Shown here piece by piece: positions 21,628 through 31,272 of a stretch of 63,568 nt of DNA. This stretch comes from an uncultured Fibrobacteraceae bacterium (GTDB lineage Bacteria > Krumholzibacteriota > Krumholzibacteriia > LZORAL124-64-63). The notes under the pieces are model-generated. The model searched no databases and was not told the DNA's origin. It worked only from the letters and a program-made list of their open reading frames with translations. Positions within the stretch are counted from its first letter, which is position 1. The number at the start of each line of letters is the position of its first letter. The stretch is taken from NCBI GenBank assembly GCA_964399195.1, contig CAYNPY010000009.1, forward strand, positions 1,758 to 65,325, written 5' to 3'. Both the position numbers and the translations under genes were made by a program.

Positions 21628-22779
21628 TCAGCGCACGGGGGCCTCCGCCACCTCGCCCAGCAGCGCGTCCAGGCGCGGTCCGATGCGCGCCCAGGTCCAG
21701 CCGTCGGCCAGCGTCTGCAGGCCGCAGACGTGGCCACAGGCTCCGCCCGAGATCAGATCCGTCAGCAGGCCCTCCAGCCCGGCCTGGTCGCCGTAGAAGT
21801 GGCGGCCCCGGCAAGCCGGTCCGTACAGCGAGGGATAGACCTGGCCGCGCGGCAGCACGGCGTAGGCGCCGGCGTGGATCGCCTCGGCCACCGAGATGCC
21901 GAAGTATTCGTGCGCCGCGCAGCTGACGACGATGTCCGCGGCCCGGAGCCACGCCTCGTACGTGCGGCGCTCGGGGATCCAGGCGAAGGCGCGGCAGCGC
22001 GCGCCCAGGCGCTCGGCGACCGGGGCGAACACCGCTTCCTGTCCCGCCGGATCGCCCAACAGCGCCACCTCGAAGTCCAGTCCGCGCTCGAGCAGCGCCT
22101 CCAGCGCGCGCGCGAACATCTCCGGACGCTTGTCGAACTCCCAGCGGTGGTTCCACAGGAGCAGGTGCCGCTGCCCGCGCGGCCACGGCAGGGCTTCGGA
22201 CTCTTCGCACGGTCCGCCGCGGTACTGCGAGAAATGTCCCGGCGGCAGCGGCGCCCGTTCGAGTCCGACCGGGATCACCTCGCTGCGCGCGTGGATGCGC
22301 GCGGGGACGTCCTTCGGCACCGCCTCCGGCATGCGGTTGAGGAACCCCGGGATGGCCTCCAGGAACACGTCGCGGTGCCATTCGGAATTGAACACGACGC
22401 GGTCGGCCGCCAGGCAGCTGATGATGTTGGTGAACCCGAAGTGGAAGTCGAACTCCTCGAGCGGGCTGAGCGGATACGTCAGTTGGTTCTCGTGCATGTA
22501 GAGCACGACCGGCACGCGGTCCAGGGGCGGGCGGAGCAGCCCGCGCAGGTCGGCGACGTTGAGGAAGCCCGTCGTCAGGATCAGGTCGGCCCGCGGCGGC
22601 TGCGCATTGAGCCGGTCGGCGAACCACGCCGCCGCCGCCCGCATGCGCCATTTCCAGAACCGTCCGGGCAGCGCCAGCACCTTGTACCGGTGCCGGGAGC
22701 AGCCGAGCAGGCCCTCGCGGAACGCGCGGTGCGAACCGTCGTCCCACGGTTCGAGAAAGATTATCTCTTTTGAAGTCAA
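21628..22779 (-). CDS. DUF3524-domain GT-B glycosyltransferase (GTDC1/QTMAN-like)
   Basis: LEPWDDGSH, LPGRFWKWRMR, YMHENQLTYP, FNSEWHR, WNHRWEFDKRP, HEYFGISVAEA. The TTG start is uncertain. Confidence 0.85.
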   Translation of the reverse strand: MTSKEIIFLEPWDDGSHRAFREGLLGCSRHRYKVLALPGRFWKWRMRAAAAWFADRLNAQPPRADLILTTGFLNVADLRGLLRPPLDRVPVVLYMHENQLTYPLSPLEEFDFHFGFTNIISCLAADRVVFNSEWHRDVFLEAIPGFLNRMPEAVPKDVPARIHARSEVIPVGLERAPLPPGHFSQYRGGPCEESEALPWPRGQRHLLLWNHRWEFDKRPEMFARALEALLERGLDFEVALLGDPAGQEAVFAPVAERLGARCRAFAWIPERRTYEAWLRAADIVVSCAAHEYFGISVAEAIHAGAYAVLPRGQVYPSLYGPACRGRHFYGDQAGLEGLLTDLISGGACGHVCGLQTLADGWTWARIGPRLDALLGEVAEAPVR

Positions 22780-23073
22780 GAAGATACGCCTTTCCGAGCC
22801 GTGACCGGGCGGCCGCCCCCCCGCGCCATCACGACGCGTTTTGTTGATTCAACAGGTGCGATATTGATCAAAGCGCAGATCTAGCGTACCATTATTAGGC
22901 TCTAGTTCGCGCATTTTCAACGTCCGGGAGCGGTCCGGGGGATCGTTTCCGCACCGCCGCGCGGCGCCGACCGCGCCGGGCCCGGGCCCGGCGGTCGAGG
23001 CGCGCACCCGAACCACGGCCGGACATCCGTTCCGGAGCAGGGCCGCCGGCGCCGGCGGCCAAGGGGAGAACTC

Positions 23074-26000
23074 ATGAAGAAGTCGTCGCTCGTCGTCCTG
23101 TTCGCCCTCGCGCTGGGCGTGGCCTTCGGCGCTCCGTCCGACGCGGCGGCCGGCGCCCCGGTGCCGGTCCCCGGGCGGGTGCTCGTCGCCTTCGAACCCG
23201 GCTTCGTCCCGGCGGTGGACAAGGCCGCCGGCCGGCTCGCGACGGGCGTCGGCGAACTGGACGCCGTGCTGGCCGCCGCGGGCGCGTCCGGGCTGGAGCC
23301 CCTCTTCGCCGCCCCGGCCGGCGCCGGCAAGAACGACGGCTTGTACCGCGAGTTCGCGCGCCATTACCTGGTCGAGCACGCCGACCCGCGCGGCAACGAC
23401 GCGGTCATCGCGGCGCTCGAGTCCCTCCCGTTCGTCGAGAGCGCCGAATCCGATCTGCAGTTGGCGGCGCACGGCACCGCCTTCCTGCCGAACGACCTGA
23501 ACAACCAGTGGTACCTGCGCAACCTGACGACCGGCGGCGGCGACATCCGCGCGATCGGCGGCTGGGCGGAGTCCCTGGGCGATTCGAACATCATCGTGGC
23601 CGTGCTGGACACGGGCGTCGACTGGCAGCATCCCGATCTGGGCGGACCGCACCCGGACAAGGTGAACGGCGCGCTGTGGACCAACTGGGAGGAGTACTAC
23701 GGCACGACCGGCATGGACGACGACGGCAACGGCTTCGTCGACGACATCCGCGGCTGGGATTTCGTCAACGTGTCCGGGACGCTGGTGTACCCGGGCGAGG
23801 ACGCGGGGCCGGCGGACAACGACCCGATGGACTTCAACGGGCACGGCACGCTGGTCTCCGGCTGCATCGCGCCGCTGACCAACAACGGCGTCGGCATCGC
23901 GGCCGTCGCTCCCGGCTGCAAGGTCATGGCGATCCGCATCGGCTTCCAGAACACCGACGGGCTCGGCGTCTCGTACGCGTCGCTGATGGCTTCGGGCTTC
24001 ATGTACGCGGTGAACAACGGCGCCAAGATCATCAACCTGTCCTACGGCACCGGCTTCACGACGGCCTTTGCCAACGCCATCAACGCGGCCCTGAACGCCG
24101 GGCTGGTGATCTGCGCCTCGGCCGGCAATGACGGCGACGAGGTCGCCGGCTACCTGCAGGGCCTCTCCGACAGCCGCATCCTGGCGGTGGCGGCCACCGG
24201 CTCGGGCGACACCAAGACGGACTTCTCCAGCTACGGCACCTGGGTCGACATCTCCGCGCCCGGCGAGGGCATCTACACGACTGCGTACAACCAGTCCACC
24301 GGCACCAGCACCTACGACTCGACGCAGGGCACCAGCTTCTCGAGCCCCATCGCGGCGGGCGCCTGCGCGCTGATCTGGTCGGCGCACCCGTCCTGGACGT
24401 CGTCGCAGGTGGCGGCGCTGATCCGCTCCAGCGCCGACCCGCTCGACGCCCTCAATCCCGCCTACGCCGGCAAGCTGGGCGCCGGGCGCGTCAACCTGCT
24501 CAAGGCGCTGGGCGACAACGTGCACCAGTTCCCGCAGGAGTTCCCGACCCTGTTCGACGCGATGAACGGCGCCGCGGCCGGGGACACGGTCAAGGTGCGG
24601 GGCGACGTCGTGGTCAGCGCGCCGTTCACCGTGATCGGCAAGGGCCTGAAGATCTTCGGCGGCTACGACGCGAGCTATGCGTCGCGCGACCTGGGCGACG
24701 GGCGCACGCTGGTGACCGGCGGCGGCGGGGTGCAGCTGACCTTCCTCGGCGACATCACGGCGACGACCGAAGTCGACGGCTTCGAGATCACCGGCGGCAC
24801 CGGCCAGAACATGAACATCATCGCCCCGGGCACGCGCTGCGCCGGCGGCGTGCTGGTCAACCAGGTCTCGCCGGTCCTGCGCAACCTGAAGATCCACGGC
24901 AACACCGTGGGCAGCGGCAGCCAGCTGGGCTGCGGCGGCGGCCTGCTGCTGGCGAACTCGTCGTCGCTGGTCGAGAACTGCGAGATCACGGGCAATACCG
25001 CGATCTATGGCGGCGGCGTCTTCGTCTCGGGCGGCTCGCCGACCTTCGTGGACTGCGTGATCACCGACAACGTGCTGCTGGCGGGCAACCCGACGTACGC
25101 GCCGCGCGGCGGCGGCTTCTACGCGCACGGCTCCACAGCGGCCCTGCTGGGCTGCGAGGTCAGCGGCCACCTGGACGCCGATCTGGGCGGCGGCATCTAT
25201 GCCGGCGGCGCGGGCCCGATGTCGGCGCTGACGATCGACAACTGCACGGTGTCGGGCAACACGGCGAAGACCGGCGGCGGCGGCCTCTACCAGACCGGCG
25301 GCGCGCTCAACGCCTCGTCCACCGTGTTCGAAGGCAACGGCAAGACGCCGGCTTCGAGCTTCATGTACGGCGGCGGCCTGCAGGCCACCGGCGGCGCGCT
25401 GACCACGCTCGTCGACCTTACCGTCCGCAACAACCAGGCGCAGGTGGGCGGCGGCGTGGCGCTGGTCGGCTGCACCGATGCGACCATCGACGGCAGCGTG
25501 GTGTACGGCAACACGGGCCAGTTCTGGGCCGGCGGCATCCTGTTCGAGAACTGCCCCAACAGCGGCATCACCTCGAACACCGTCTACGGCAACACCGGCG
25601 GCGCCGGCGCCGGCGGCGTCTACGTCGCGAACTGCGTCCCGGTGGTCAGCCACAACATCTCGGCCGGGAACCTCGGCGGCGCGACGTTCGGCAACGGCTT
25701 CGCGTTCTCGGGCGCGGCGGTGACGCCGACCTGCAACGACGTGCACGGCAACGCCGGCAGCGGCTGGACGGGGATCACGGACCCGACCGGAACCGGCGGC
25801 AACATCGCCGTCGACCCGCTGTTCTGCGACGCGGCGGGCGGCAACTTCCAGCTGCAGTCGGCCTCGGCGTGCCGGCCGGAGAACAGCGGCGCCTGCGGGC
25901 TGATCGGCGCCCTGCTCGGTTCGTGCGGGGCCTCGGCGGTGCCGGGTGGCCAGGAGGCGGTGCCGGCGGCTTTCCGCGTCGAGCAGAACTTCCCCAACCC

Positions 26001-26244
26001 GTTCAACCCGCAGACGACGATCCGCTTCGCGCTGCCGGCGGCCGCGCGCACCACGGTCAGCATCTTCGACGTCGCCGGACGGCACGTCCGCACGCTGCTC
26101 GACGAGGAGCTGGCCGCCCAGGTGCACCAGGTGACCTGGGCCGGCGACGACGCGAAGGGCCAGCCGGTGGCGGCCGGCGTCTACTTCTACGAGGTCAGCG
26201 GCGGCGGGCACCGGGCCGTCGGGCGCATGGCCTTGGTCAAATAG
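23074..26244 (+). CDS. Secreted S8 subtilisin-like protease with right-handed beta-helix repeats and C-terminal FlgD-Ig domain
   Basis: Triad VAVLDTGVD / NGHGT / GTSFSSP and oxyanion SAGND; repeated GN..GGG beta-helix motifs; QNFPNPFNPQTT...MALVK. GGGGAG RBS. Confidence 0.9.
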   Translation: MKKSSLVVLFALALGVAFGAPSDAAAGAPVPVPGRVLVAFEPGFVPAVDKAAGRLATGVGELDAVLAAAGASGLEPLFAAPAGAGKNDGLYREFARHYLVEHADPRGNDAVIAALESLPFVESAESDLQLAAHGTAFLPNDLNNQWYLRNLTTGGGDIRAIGGWAESLGDSNIIVAVLDTGVDWQHPDLGGPHPDKVNGALWTNWEEYYGTTGMDDDGNGFVDDIRGWDFVNVSGTLVYPGEDAGPADNDPMDFNGHGTLVSGCIAPLTNNGVGIAAVAPGCKVMAIRIGFQNTDGLGVSYASLMASGFMYAVNNGAKIINLSYGTGFTTAFANAINAALNAGLVICASAGNDGDEVAGYLQGLSDSRILAVAATGSGDTKTDFSSYGTWVDISAPGEGIYTTAYNQSTGTSTYDSTQGTSFSSPIAAGACALIWSAHPSWTSSQVAALIRSSADPLDALNPAYAGKLGAGRVNLLKALGDNVHQFPQEFPTLFDAMNGAAAGDTVKVRGDVVVSAPFTVIGKGLKIFGGYDASYASRDLGDGRTLVTGGGGVQLTFLGDITATTEVDGFEITGGTGQNMNIIAPGTRCAGGVLVNQVSPVLRNLKIHGNTVGSGSQLGCGGGLLLANSSSLVENCEITGNTAIYGGGVFVSGGSPTFVDCVITDNVLLAGNPTYAPRGGGFYAHGSTAALLGCEVSGHLDADLGGGIYAGGAGPMSALTIDNCTVSGNTAKTGGGGLYQTGGALNASSTVFEGNGKTPASSFMYGGGLQATGGALTTLVDLTVRNNQAQVGGGVALVGCTDATIDGSVVYGNTGQFWAGGILFENCPNSGITSNTVYGNTGGAGAGGVYVANCVPVVSHNISAGNLGGATFGNGFAFSGAAVTPTCNDVHGNAGSGWTGITDPTGTGGNIAVDPLFCDAAGGNFQLQSASACRPENSGACGLIGALLGSCGASAVPGGQEAVPAAFRVEQNFPNPFNPQTTIRFALPAAARTTVSIFDVAGRHVRTLLDEELAAQVHQVTWAGDDAKGQPVAAGVYFYEVSGGGHRAVGRMALVK

Positions 26245-26266
26245 TCGCGGTTCCGCGCGGCTTCCG

Positions 26267-26294
26267 GGGGCCCCCGTCGGCGGATGGGGGCCCC
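26267..26294 (+). terminator. Hairpin after the S8 protease gene
   Basis: GGGGCCCCCGTC-ggcg-GATGGGGGCCCC (one G-U pair), followed by TT. Confidence 0.55.
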
Positions 26295-26545
26295 TTGACG
26301 TACCATGATCGATTCTTCGTTTTCGAATTATTTCCTGTCACACGCTCAGAACAATTTGGACGCCACCTCCTTTTTTTGCCGTTTCGCACTTGAAGCTGCC
26401 GCCGGGATCTGGCATGCTCCACCGTAGGTGGTTTGTGCGCCCGCCGGAACCCGGATTCCGGCCGGGGCGCGGACGGCCAGGGCGCCGTGGCGGCTTCGTG
26501 CGGCGGCGCCGCAAATGTCGAGTCTCTGCACAGGGGGGAAGATCC

Positions 26546-27493
26546 ATGCGCATCTTGAAATCGATCCTGACCGCGGCCCTGGTCCTTTCGCTGGCCGGCG
26601 CCGCCTTCGCCGCCGACCTGCACGACACGACCAAGATCCCCGTCAACAAGGCTCCCGGCATCGGCATCACCGGCTCGCAGGGCCTGCTGGACTGCAGCGG
26701 CGCCATCGAGGTCGACCTGAACGTCGGCGTCTACAACGGCACGACGGTGGGCGCGCCCAACAACGTGACCTTCTACGGCTGCAGCGCCTGGAACGAGGGC
26801 GGCGGCGAGGTCGTCTATCGCGTGACCTTCCCCGCCGACGTGACCTGGGAAGTCGGCCTGAGCGGCCTGTCGGCCGACCTGGACCTGGCCGTGCTGGACG
26901 CCTGCGACGAGAGCCTCGGCTGCCTCATCGTGGTCGACAGCGGCGTCTACGTGTCCGAGCCCTACCCCGGCGAGTTCTACTTCGTGGTGGACGGCTACAA
27001 CGGCGCCAGCGGCCCCTTCACGCTCACCTTCACGACCACGCCGTACGTGGCGCCGCCGACGATCTGCGAGCTGATCCAGGACGTGACCGGCACGTACTTC
27101 ATGGGCGACACCTGCGACGGCTACAACAACATCGCCACCGACGCCTGCGGGACGTACACCGAGAACGGCCTCGAGCACTACTACGAGATCCAGGTTCCGG
27201 CGGGCTGCTTCTTCACGGCCAACGTGACGTACGACACCGAGGACGGCGCCCTGTGGGTGCTCGACGGCTGCGACCCGGGCTACACCTGCGTGGGCTACGC
27301 GGACGACACCTTCGGCGGGCAGATGGAAACCGTCACCTACACCAACACGACCGGCGCGATGCAGACGGTGATCCTGGTCCTCGACTCGTGGGGCACGGCC
27401 GCCTGCGGCACGTACCAGTTCGAGTTCGTCAGCGACTGCGCCGTGGCGACCGAAGTCGAGTCGTTCGGCGGCGTGAAGGCGATGTTCCGTTAG
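26546..27493 (+). CDS. Secreted Cys-rich protein with two tandem beta-sandwich (PPC-like) repeats and C-terminal FGGVKAMFR motif
   Basis: Signal peptide MRILKSILTAALVLSLAGAAFA; internal duplication (GEVVYRV...DLDLAVLDAC vs LEHYYEI...DGALWVLDGC). Confidence 0.8.
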   Translation: MRILKSILTAALVLSLAGAAFAADLHDTTKIPVNKAPGIGITGSQGLLDCSGAIEVDLNVGVYNGTTVGAPNNVTFYGCSAWNEGGGEVVYRVTFPADVTWEVGLSGLSADLDLAVLDACDESLGCLIVVDSGVYVSEPYPGEFYFVVDGYNGASGPFTLTFTTTPYVAPPTICELIQDVTGTYFMGDTCDGYNNIATDACGTYTENGLEHYYEIQVPAGCFFTANVTYDTEDGALWVLDGCDPGYTCVGYADDTFGGQMETVTYTNTTGAMQTVILVLDSWGTAACGTYQFEFVSDCAVATEVESFGGVKAMFR

Positions 27494-27534
27494 GACCCGC
27501 CTGAGCACGCTCGGCCTGACCGGCCGCGCGCAAG

Positions 27535-27562
27535 AGGGCCCCGGGGTTCGCCCCGGGGCCCT
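27535..27562 (+). terminator. Hairpin with UUCG loop
   Basis: AGGGCCCCGGGG-ttcg-CCCCGGGGCCCT, a perfect 12-bp stem after the secreted-protein gene. Confidence 0.65.
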
Positions 27563-27672
27563 GTGCCTTGTCCGGCCGCCGGCGGCACGGTACCTTGGCG
27601 GTCGGCAATCCCCCGCGGCCGACGCGCGCCCTGCCGTCGCGCCGCCGAACCCGAGCCCCCGCGAGGAATCCG

Positions 27673-28056
27673 ATGGCCACCCGCCCGTCCCGCAAGCTCC
27701 AGACGTTCGCCAACCCGCACCCGGAGCGGGACTACGAGATCGAGTTCGACTGCCCGGAGTTCACCTGCCTGTGCCCCCTGACCGGCCAGCCCGACTTCGC
27801 CCGCTTCCTGATCACCTACGTCCCGGACCGCAAGTGTGTGGAACTGAAGTCGCTGAAGCTCTACCTGTGGTCCTACCGCGACCAGGGCGCCTTCCACGAG
27901 AAGGTGACCAACCAGATCGCGGACGATTTGGTCACGGCGCTGCGGCCGCGGCGCCTGGATGTCCGCGGCGAGTGGTTCGTGCGCGGCGGGATCGCGACGG
28001 TGGTCAAGGTCTCGCACGACGGCAGCGCACCGGCCCGGGCCCGGTCGAAGCGCTGA
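27673..28056 (+). CDS. queF: NADPH-dependent 7-cyano-7-deazaguanine (preQ0) reductase, short type
   Basis: [16 protein letters not shown] (catalytic Cys and Asp), [25 protein letters not shown]. Confidence 0.96.
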   Translation: MATRPSRKLQTFANPHPERDYEIEFDCPEFTCLCPLTGQPDFARFLITYVPDRKCVELKSLKLYLWSYRDQGAFHEKVTNQIADDLVTALRPRRLDVRGEWFVRGGIATVVKVSHDGSAPARARSKR

Positions 28057-28167
28057 CGGCCGCCATGCATTCGTGACAGTTCTCGGGTATCCTGACCGCA
28101 CCCAGACCGGCTGACGGCGGACGCCGGACCCTCCCGCGCCGCCCCGGCTCCCATCCAGGAGGCTGTC

Positions 28168-31158
28168 ATGTCACGCTTGCTCCCGCTCGTCCGCCTGGGA
28201 CTGCTCCTGCTGCTGGCCGCGCCGGCGGCGGCGCAGCTGGACCCGCCCCAATTCGCGCGCATCGACGAAGCGCTGGCCGCCGGCCGGATCGACGCCGAGC
28301 AGGCGCTCTTCCACCGCTTCCAGTACGTGTTCGACGGGGACAAGCTCCCGGCCGACCTGGCGCCGGCCGAGCGCACGCCCATCCGCTGCGCGACGCCGCT
28401 GATCATCGAGTACAACCGCGTGCGTGATCGGCTGCGCCCGGAGACCGTCGCCGCGATCGAGGCCTGGCTGGCGCCGCCGGCGGGCGACAAAGCGACCTAC
28501 ATCAGCCCCTCCGGCCGGTTCTCGCTCACGTACGTGACCGCGGGCGGCAACGCCGTGCCGCCGGCCGACACGAACCCGGCCAACGGCGTGCCCGACTACA
28601 TCGAGCGCGTGGCCGGCTACCTGGACACTTCGTGGAACACCGAGATCACGCAGTGGGGCTTCACGGCGCCGCTGACCAGCCCCTACTACGCGGTCAGCTT
28701 CTCGAACCAGGCGGGCACCTACGGCTACACCACGGTCTCGGGTTCGACCACGCGCATCGTGCTGGAAAACGACTATGTCGGATTCCCGCCCAATGACGAC
28801 CCGGACGGCGACGCCCTCGGCGCGGCCAAGGTGACCTGCGCGCACGAATTCAAGCACGCCTCGCAGTACCGCACCTCGCTGTGGAGCGAGGGCGGCTGGG
28901 TCGAGGTCGACGGCACCTGGGCCGAGGACCTGGTCTTCGACGCGACGAACGACTACTACAACTACCTCGGCGCCGGCAACGGCATCACGTCGCCCGGCAC
29001 GTCGCTGGACGGCGGCGGCACCGGCTCCTACGAAGACTGCATCTGGCAGCAGTGGATGAGCGAGACGTGGACGCCGCAGGTGATCGTCGACCTGTGGACC
29101 TGGCGCGCGACGCACCAGGCCCAGTCGATGCTGGCGTCCTACGACGCGATCCTGGCCGCGCGCGGCTCGTCGATCGCCGCCGGCTACCCCGTGTTCGCGG
29201 CCTGGAACTACGCCTGCGGCGCGCGGGCCATCACGGGGTTCGGCTACGAGGAGGCGGCGAGCTACCCGACCAGCCAGGCCACCGCCGTAGCAGCCTATCC
29301 GTACGCCACCAGCGGCGCGTTGAACCACCTGGCGGCCGCGAATTTCCACTGCACGGGTTTCGTGCCGGGCGAGCCGGGCGAGTTGCGCGTCGACTTCGAC
29401 GGCGCCGACGGGCAGCCGATGGCCGTCATGGCCGTGATCCGCCGCAACGACGGCACCGGCCTGATCGAGCCGATCGCCCTGGACGGCGCCAACAGCGCCA
29501 GCGCGGTCCTCTCGGTGCCGCTGGCGGACCTCAGCCGCGTCGGCATCGTGGTGGTCAACTCCGGCACGACCGGCGACGGCAAGGCCTATTCGCTGACGAT
29601 CAGCCGCGACCTGCCGCCGGCGGCGGCCACGCTCAGCAGCGCTTCGATCGCCAAAACGATGCCGACCAACTCGACGGGCAGCGAGGTGCTGGACCTGTCG
29701 AACACCGGCGCGGCCGGCTCGCAGCTCGAGTGGGCCGCCTATGTCGTGGCGGACAACGTGGGGCTCCCGGCCAAGGCCGGCCGCCGCAACGCCGCCGCCG
29801 TACCGGCCGTCGGTCGCGCCGCGCCCGGCAAGCTGGAGCAGGCCGCGCCGCTGGCGTCGGTGCAGTACGCCGGCGACTGCGTGCTCGGCAACGACGACAC
29901 CGGCAACATCCAGGGCTACTACGGCACCTGGGTGACCGGCCAGGAATCGTACGCCACGTTCATCAACCCGGCCGACTACGCCTGCTCCTGCAACCCGGGC
30001 TTCAACGTGCGCTCGATTCACCTGGTGCTGTACATGCCGGTCGGCGCGACTCTGCAGGCGCAGGTCTCGCTGGCGGCCGCCGGCGCCGCGTGCGACGGGC
30101 CGGGCGCCATCCTCGAGACCTCGGCGCCCGTCTCGTTCTCCGGATTCACCACCGCCGGTTACTACAACCTCGAGGTGCCGTGCAACTTCGCCTGCCAGGA
30201 CATGGACGGCTCCTACTTCCTGGTGTTCGAGATCCTCAACGCGGTGTCCGGCGTCGGCATGCCGGTCGACACGACGCCGCAGAGTTGCGTCAACTTCAAC
30301 CAGTGGGGCGAGGGCTGGCAGGACCTGGTCAACGGCTACAGCTTCGCCGGCGACATCCTGCTGTGGGCCGACGTCGACTGCTGCGGCACGCCGGAGCCCA
30401 GTTCCTCGGTGCTGTCGCCGAACGGCGGCGAGGTCTTCGCCGTCGGCGGCAGCCTGCAGGTCGACTGGGCCGCCCAGGTGCTGACCGAGGTCAAGGTCGA
30501 GCTGAGCCGCGACGGCGGCGGCACCTGGGAGGTTCTGGCGGCGTCGACGCCCAACGACGGCACCGAGACGTTCGCGCTCACGGGCCCGGCCGGCGCGGAC
30601 TGCCTGGTGCGCGTGGGCAGCACCGACGGCGCGGTGACGGATGTGAGCGACGGCCCGTTCTGGGTCTACGAGCCCGTGCCCTGGTTGACGGTGGCGCCGA
30701 CGGAGGGCACGCTGGCGCAGGGCGCCACGCAGCCCCTGACGCTCTCGTTCGACACCGCGGGGCTGCCCGACGGCCCCTACCAGGCGTGGCTGGTCATCCT
30801 CGACAACGCCGCCTCCTCGCCGGAGGTGGTGCCGGTCGGCCTGACCGTGCAGACCTACATCAGCGGCACGGGCGTGCCGACGGTGTTCGCGCTGCGCGGC
30901 AACGCCCCCAACCCGTTCAACCCCTCGACCCGGATATCTTTCAGCGTCCGGACGGCGGGGCTGGCCGTGGTCGACGTGCTGGACCTGCAGGGCCGCCACG
31001 TGCGGACGCTGCTGTCGGGCCCGGTCGAGGCCGGCGAGCGCTCGCTGGACTGGGACGGCCGTGACGACGCGGGCCGGCCGGTGGCTTCCGGTTCGTACCT
31101 CGCGCGCCTGCGCGCGGACGGGCAGGTCGCCACGCACAAGATGGTGCTGGCCAAATAG
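28168..31158 (+). CDS. Secreted HExxH metalloprotease (MXAN_6640-like) with C-terminal FlgD-Ig domain
   Basis: Signal peptide, NGVPDYIE, IVLENDY, CAHEFKH (HExxH), NAPNPFNPST...HKMVLAK. The family name is from recall. Confidence 0.8.
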   Translation: MSRLLPLVRLGLLLLLAAPAAAQLDPPQFARIDEALAAGRIDAEQALFHRFQYVFDGDKLPADLAPAERTPIRCATPLIIEYNRVRDRLRPETVAAIEAWLAPPAGDKATYISPSGRFSLTYVTAGGNAVPPADTNPANGVPDYIERVAGYLDTSWNTEITQWGFTAPLTSPYYAVSFSNQAGTYGYTTVSGSTTRIVLENDYVGFPPNDDPDGDALGAAKVTCAHEFKHASQYRTSLWSEGGWVEVDGTWAEDLVFDATNDYYNYLGAGNGITSPGTSLDGGGTGSYEDCIWQQWMSETWTPQVIVDLWTWRATHQAQSMLASYDAILAARGSSIAAGYPVFAAWNYACGARAITGFGYEEAASYPTSQATAVAAYPYATSGALNHLAAANFHCTGFVPGEPGELRVDFDGADGQPMAVMAVIRRNDGTGLIEPIALDGANSASAVLSVPLADLSRVGIVVVNSGTTGDGKAYSLTISRDLPPAAATLSSASIAKTMPTNSTGSEVLDLSNTGAAGSQLEWAAYVVADNVGLPAKAGRRNAAAVPAVGRAAPGKLEQAAPLASVQYAGDCVLGNDDTGNIQGYYGTWVTGQESYATFINPADYACSCNPGFNVRSIHLVLYMPVGATLQAQVSLAAAGAACDGPGAILETSAPVSFSGFTTAGYYNLEVPCNFACQDMDGSYFLVFEILNAVSGVGMPVDTTPQSCVNFNQWGEGWQDLVNGYSFAGDILLWADVDCCGTPEPSSSVLSPNGGEVFAVGGSLQVDWAAQVLTEVKVELSRDGGGTWEVLAASTPNDGTETFALTGPAGADCLVRVGSTDGAVTDVSDGPFWVYEPVPWLTVAPTEGTLAQGATQPLTLSFDTAGLPDGPYQAWLVILDNAASSPEVVPVGLTVQTYISGTGVPTVFALRGNAPNPFNPSTRISFSVRTAGLAVVDVLDLQGRHVRTLLSGPVEAGERSLDWDGRDDAGRPVASGSYLARLRADGQVATHKMVLAK

Positions 31159-31272
31159 GCGGCGCGGGCTGCCGGCCGCCGGGCCGGCGGCAACGATGGA
31201 CGGGCCGCTCCCGCGAGCCGGATCGCGCGGGGCGGCCCGTCGCCTTCTCCGCCGATGCGCGGCGGCGGCCGG

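Noticed and set aside
22850-22885. dif site, suggested by GGTGCG plus AT-rich sequence
   Set aside because: No match to the XerD arm (TTATGTTAAAT-like) and the spacing is wrong.
27494-27672. preQ1 riboswitch upstream of queF
   Set aside because: Only a GC-rich UUCG terminator hairpin is present; there is no preQ1-type stem-loop with an A-rich tail that I can recognise.
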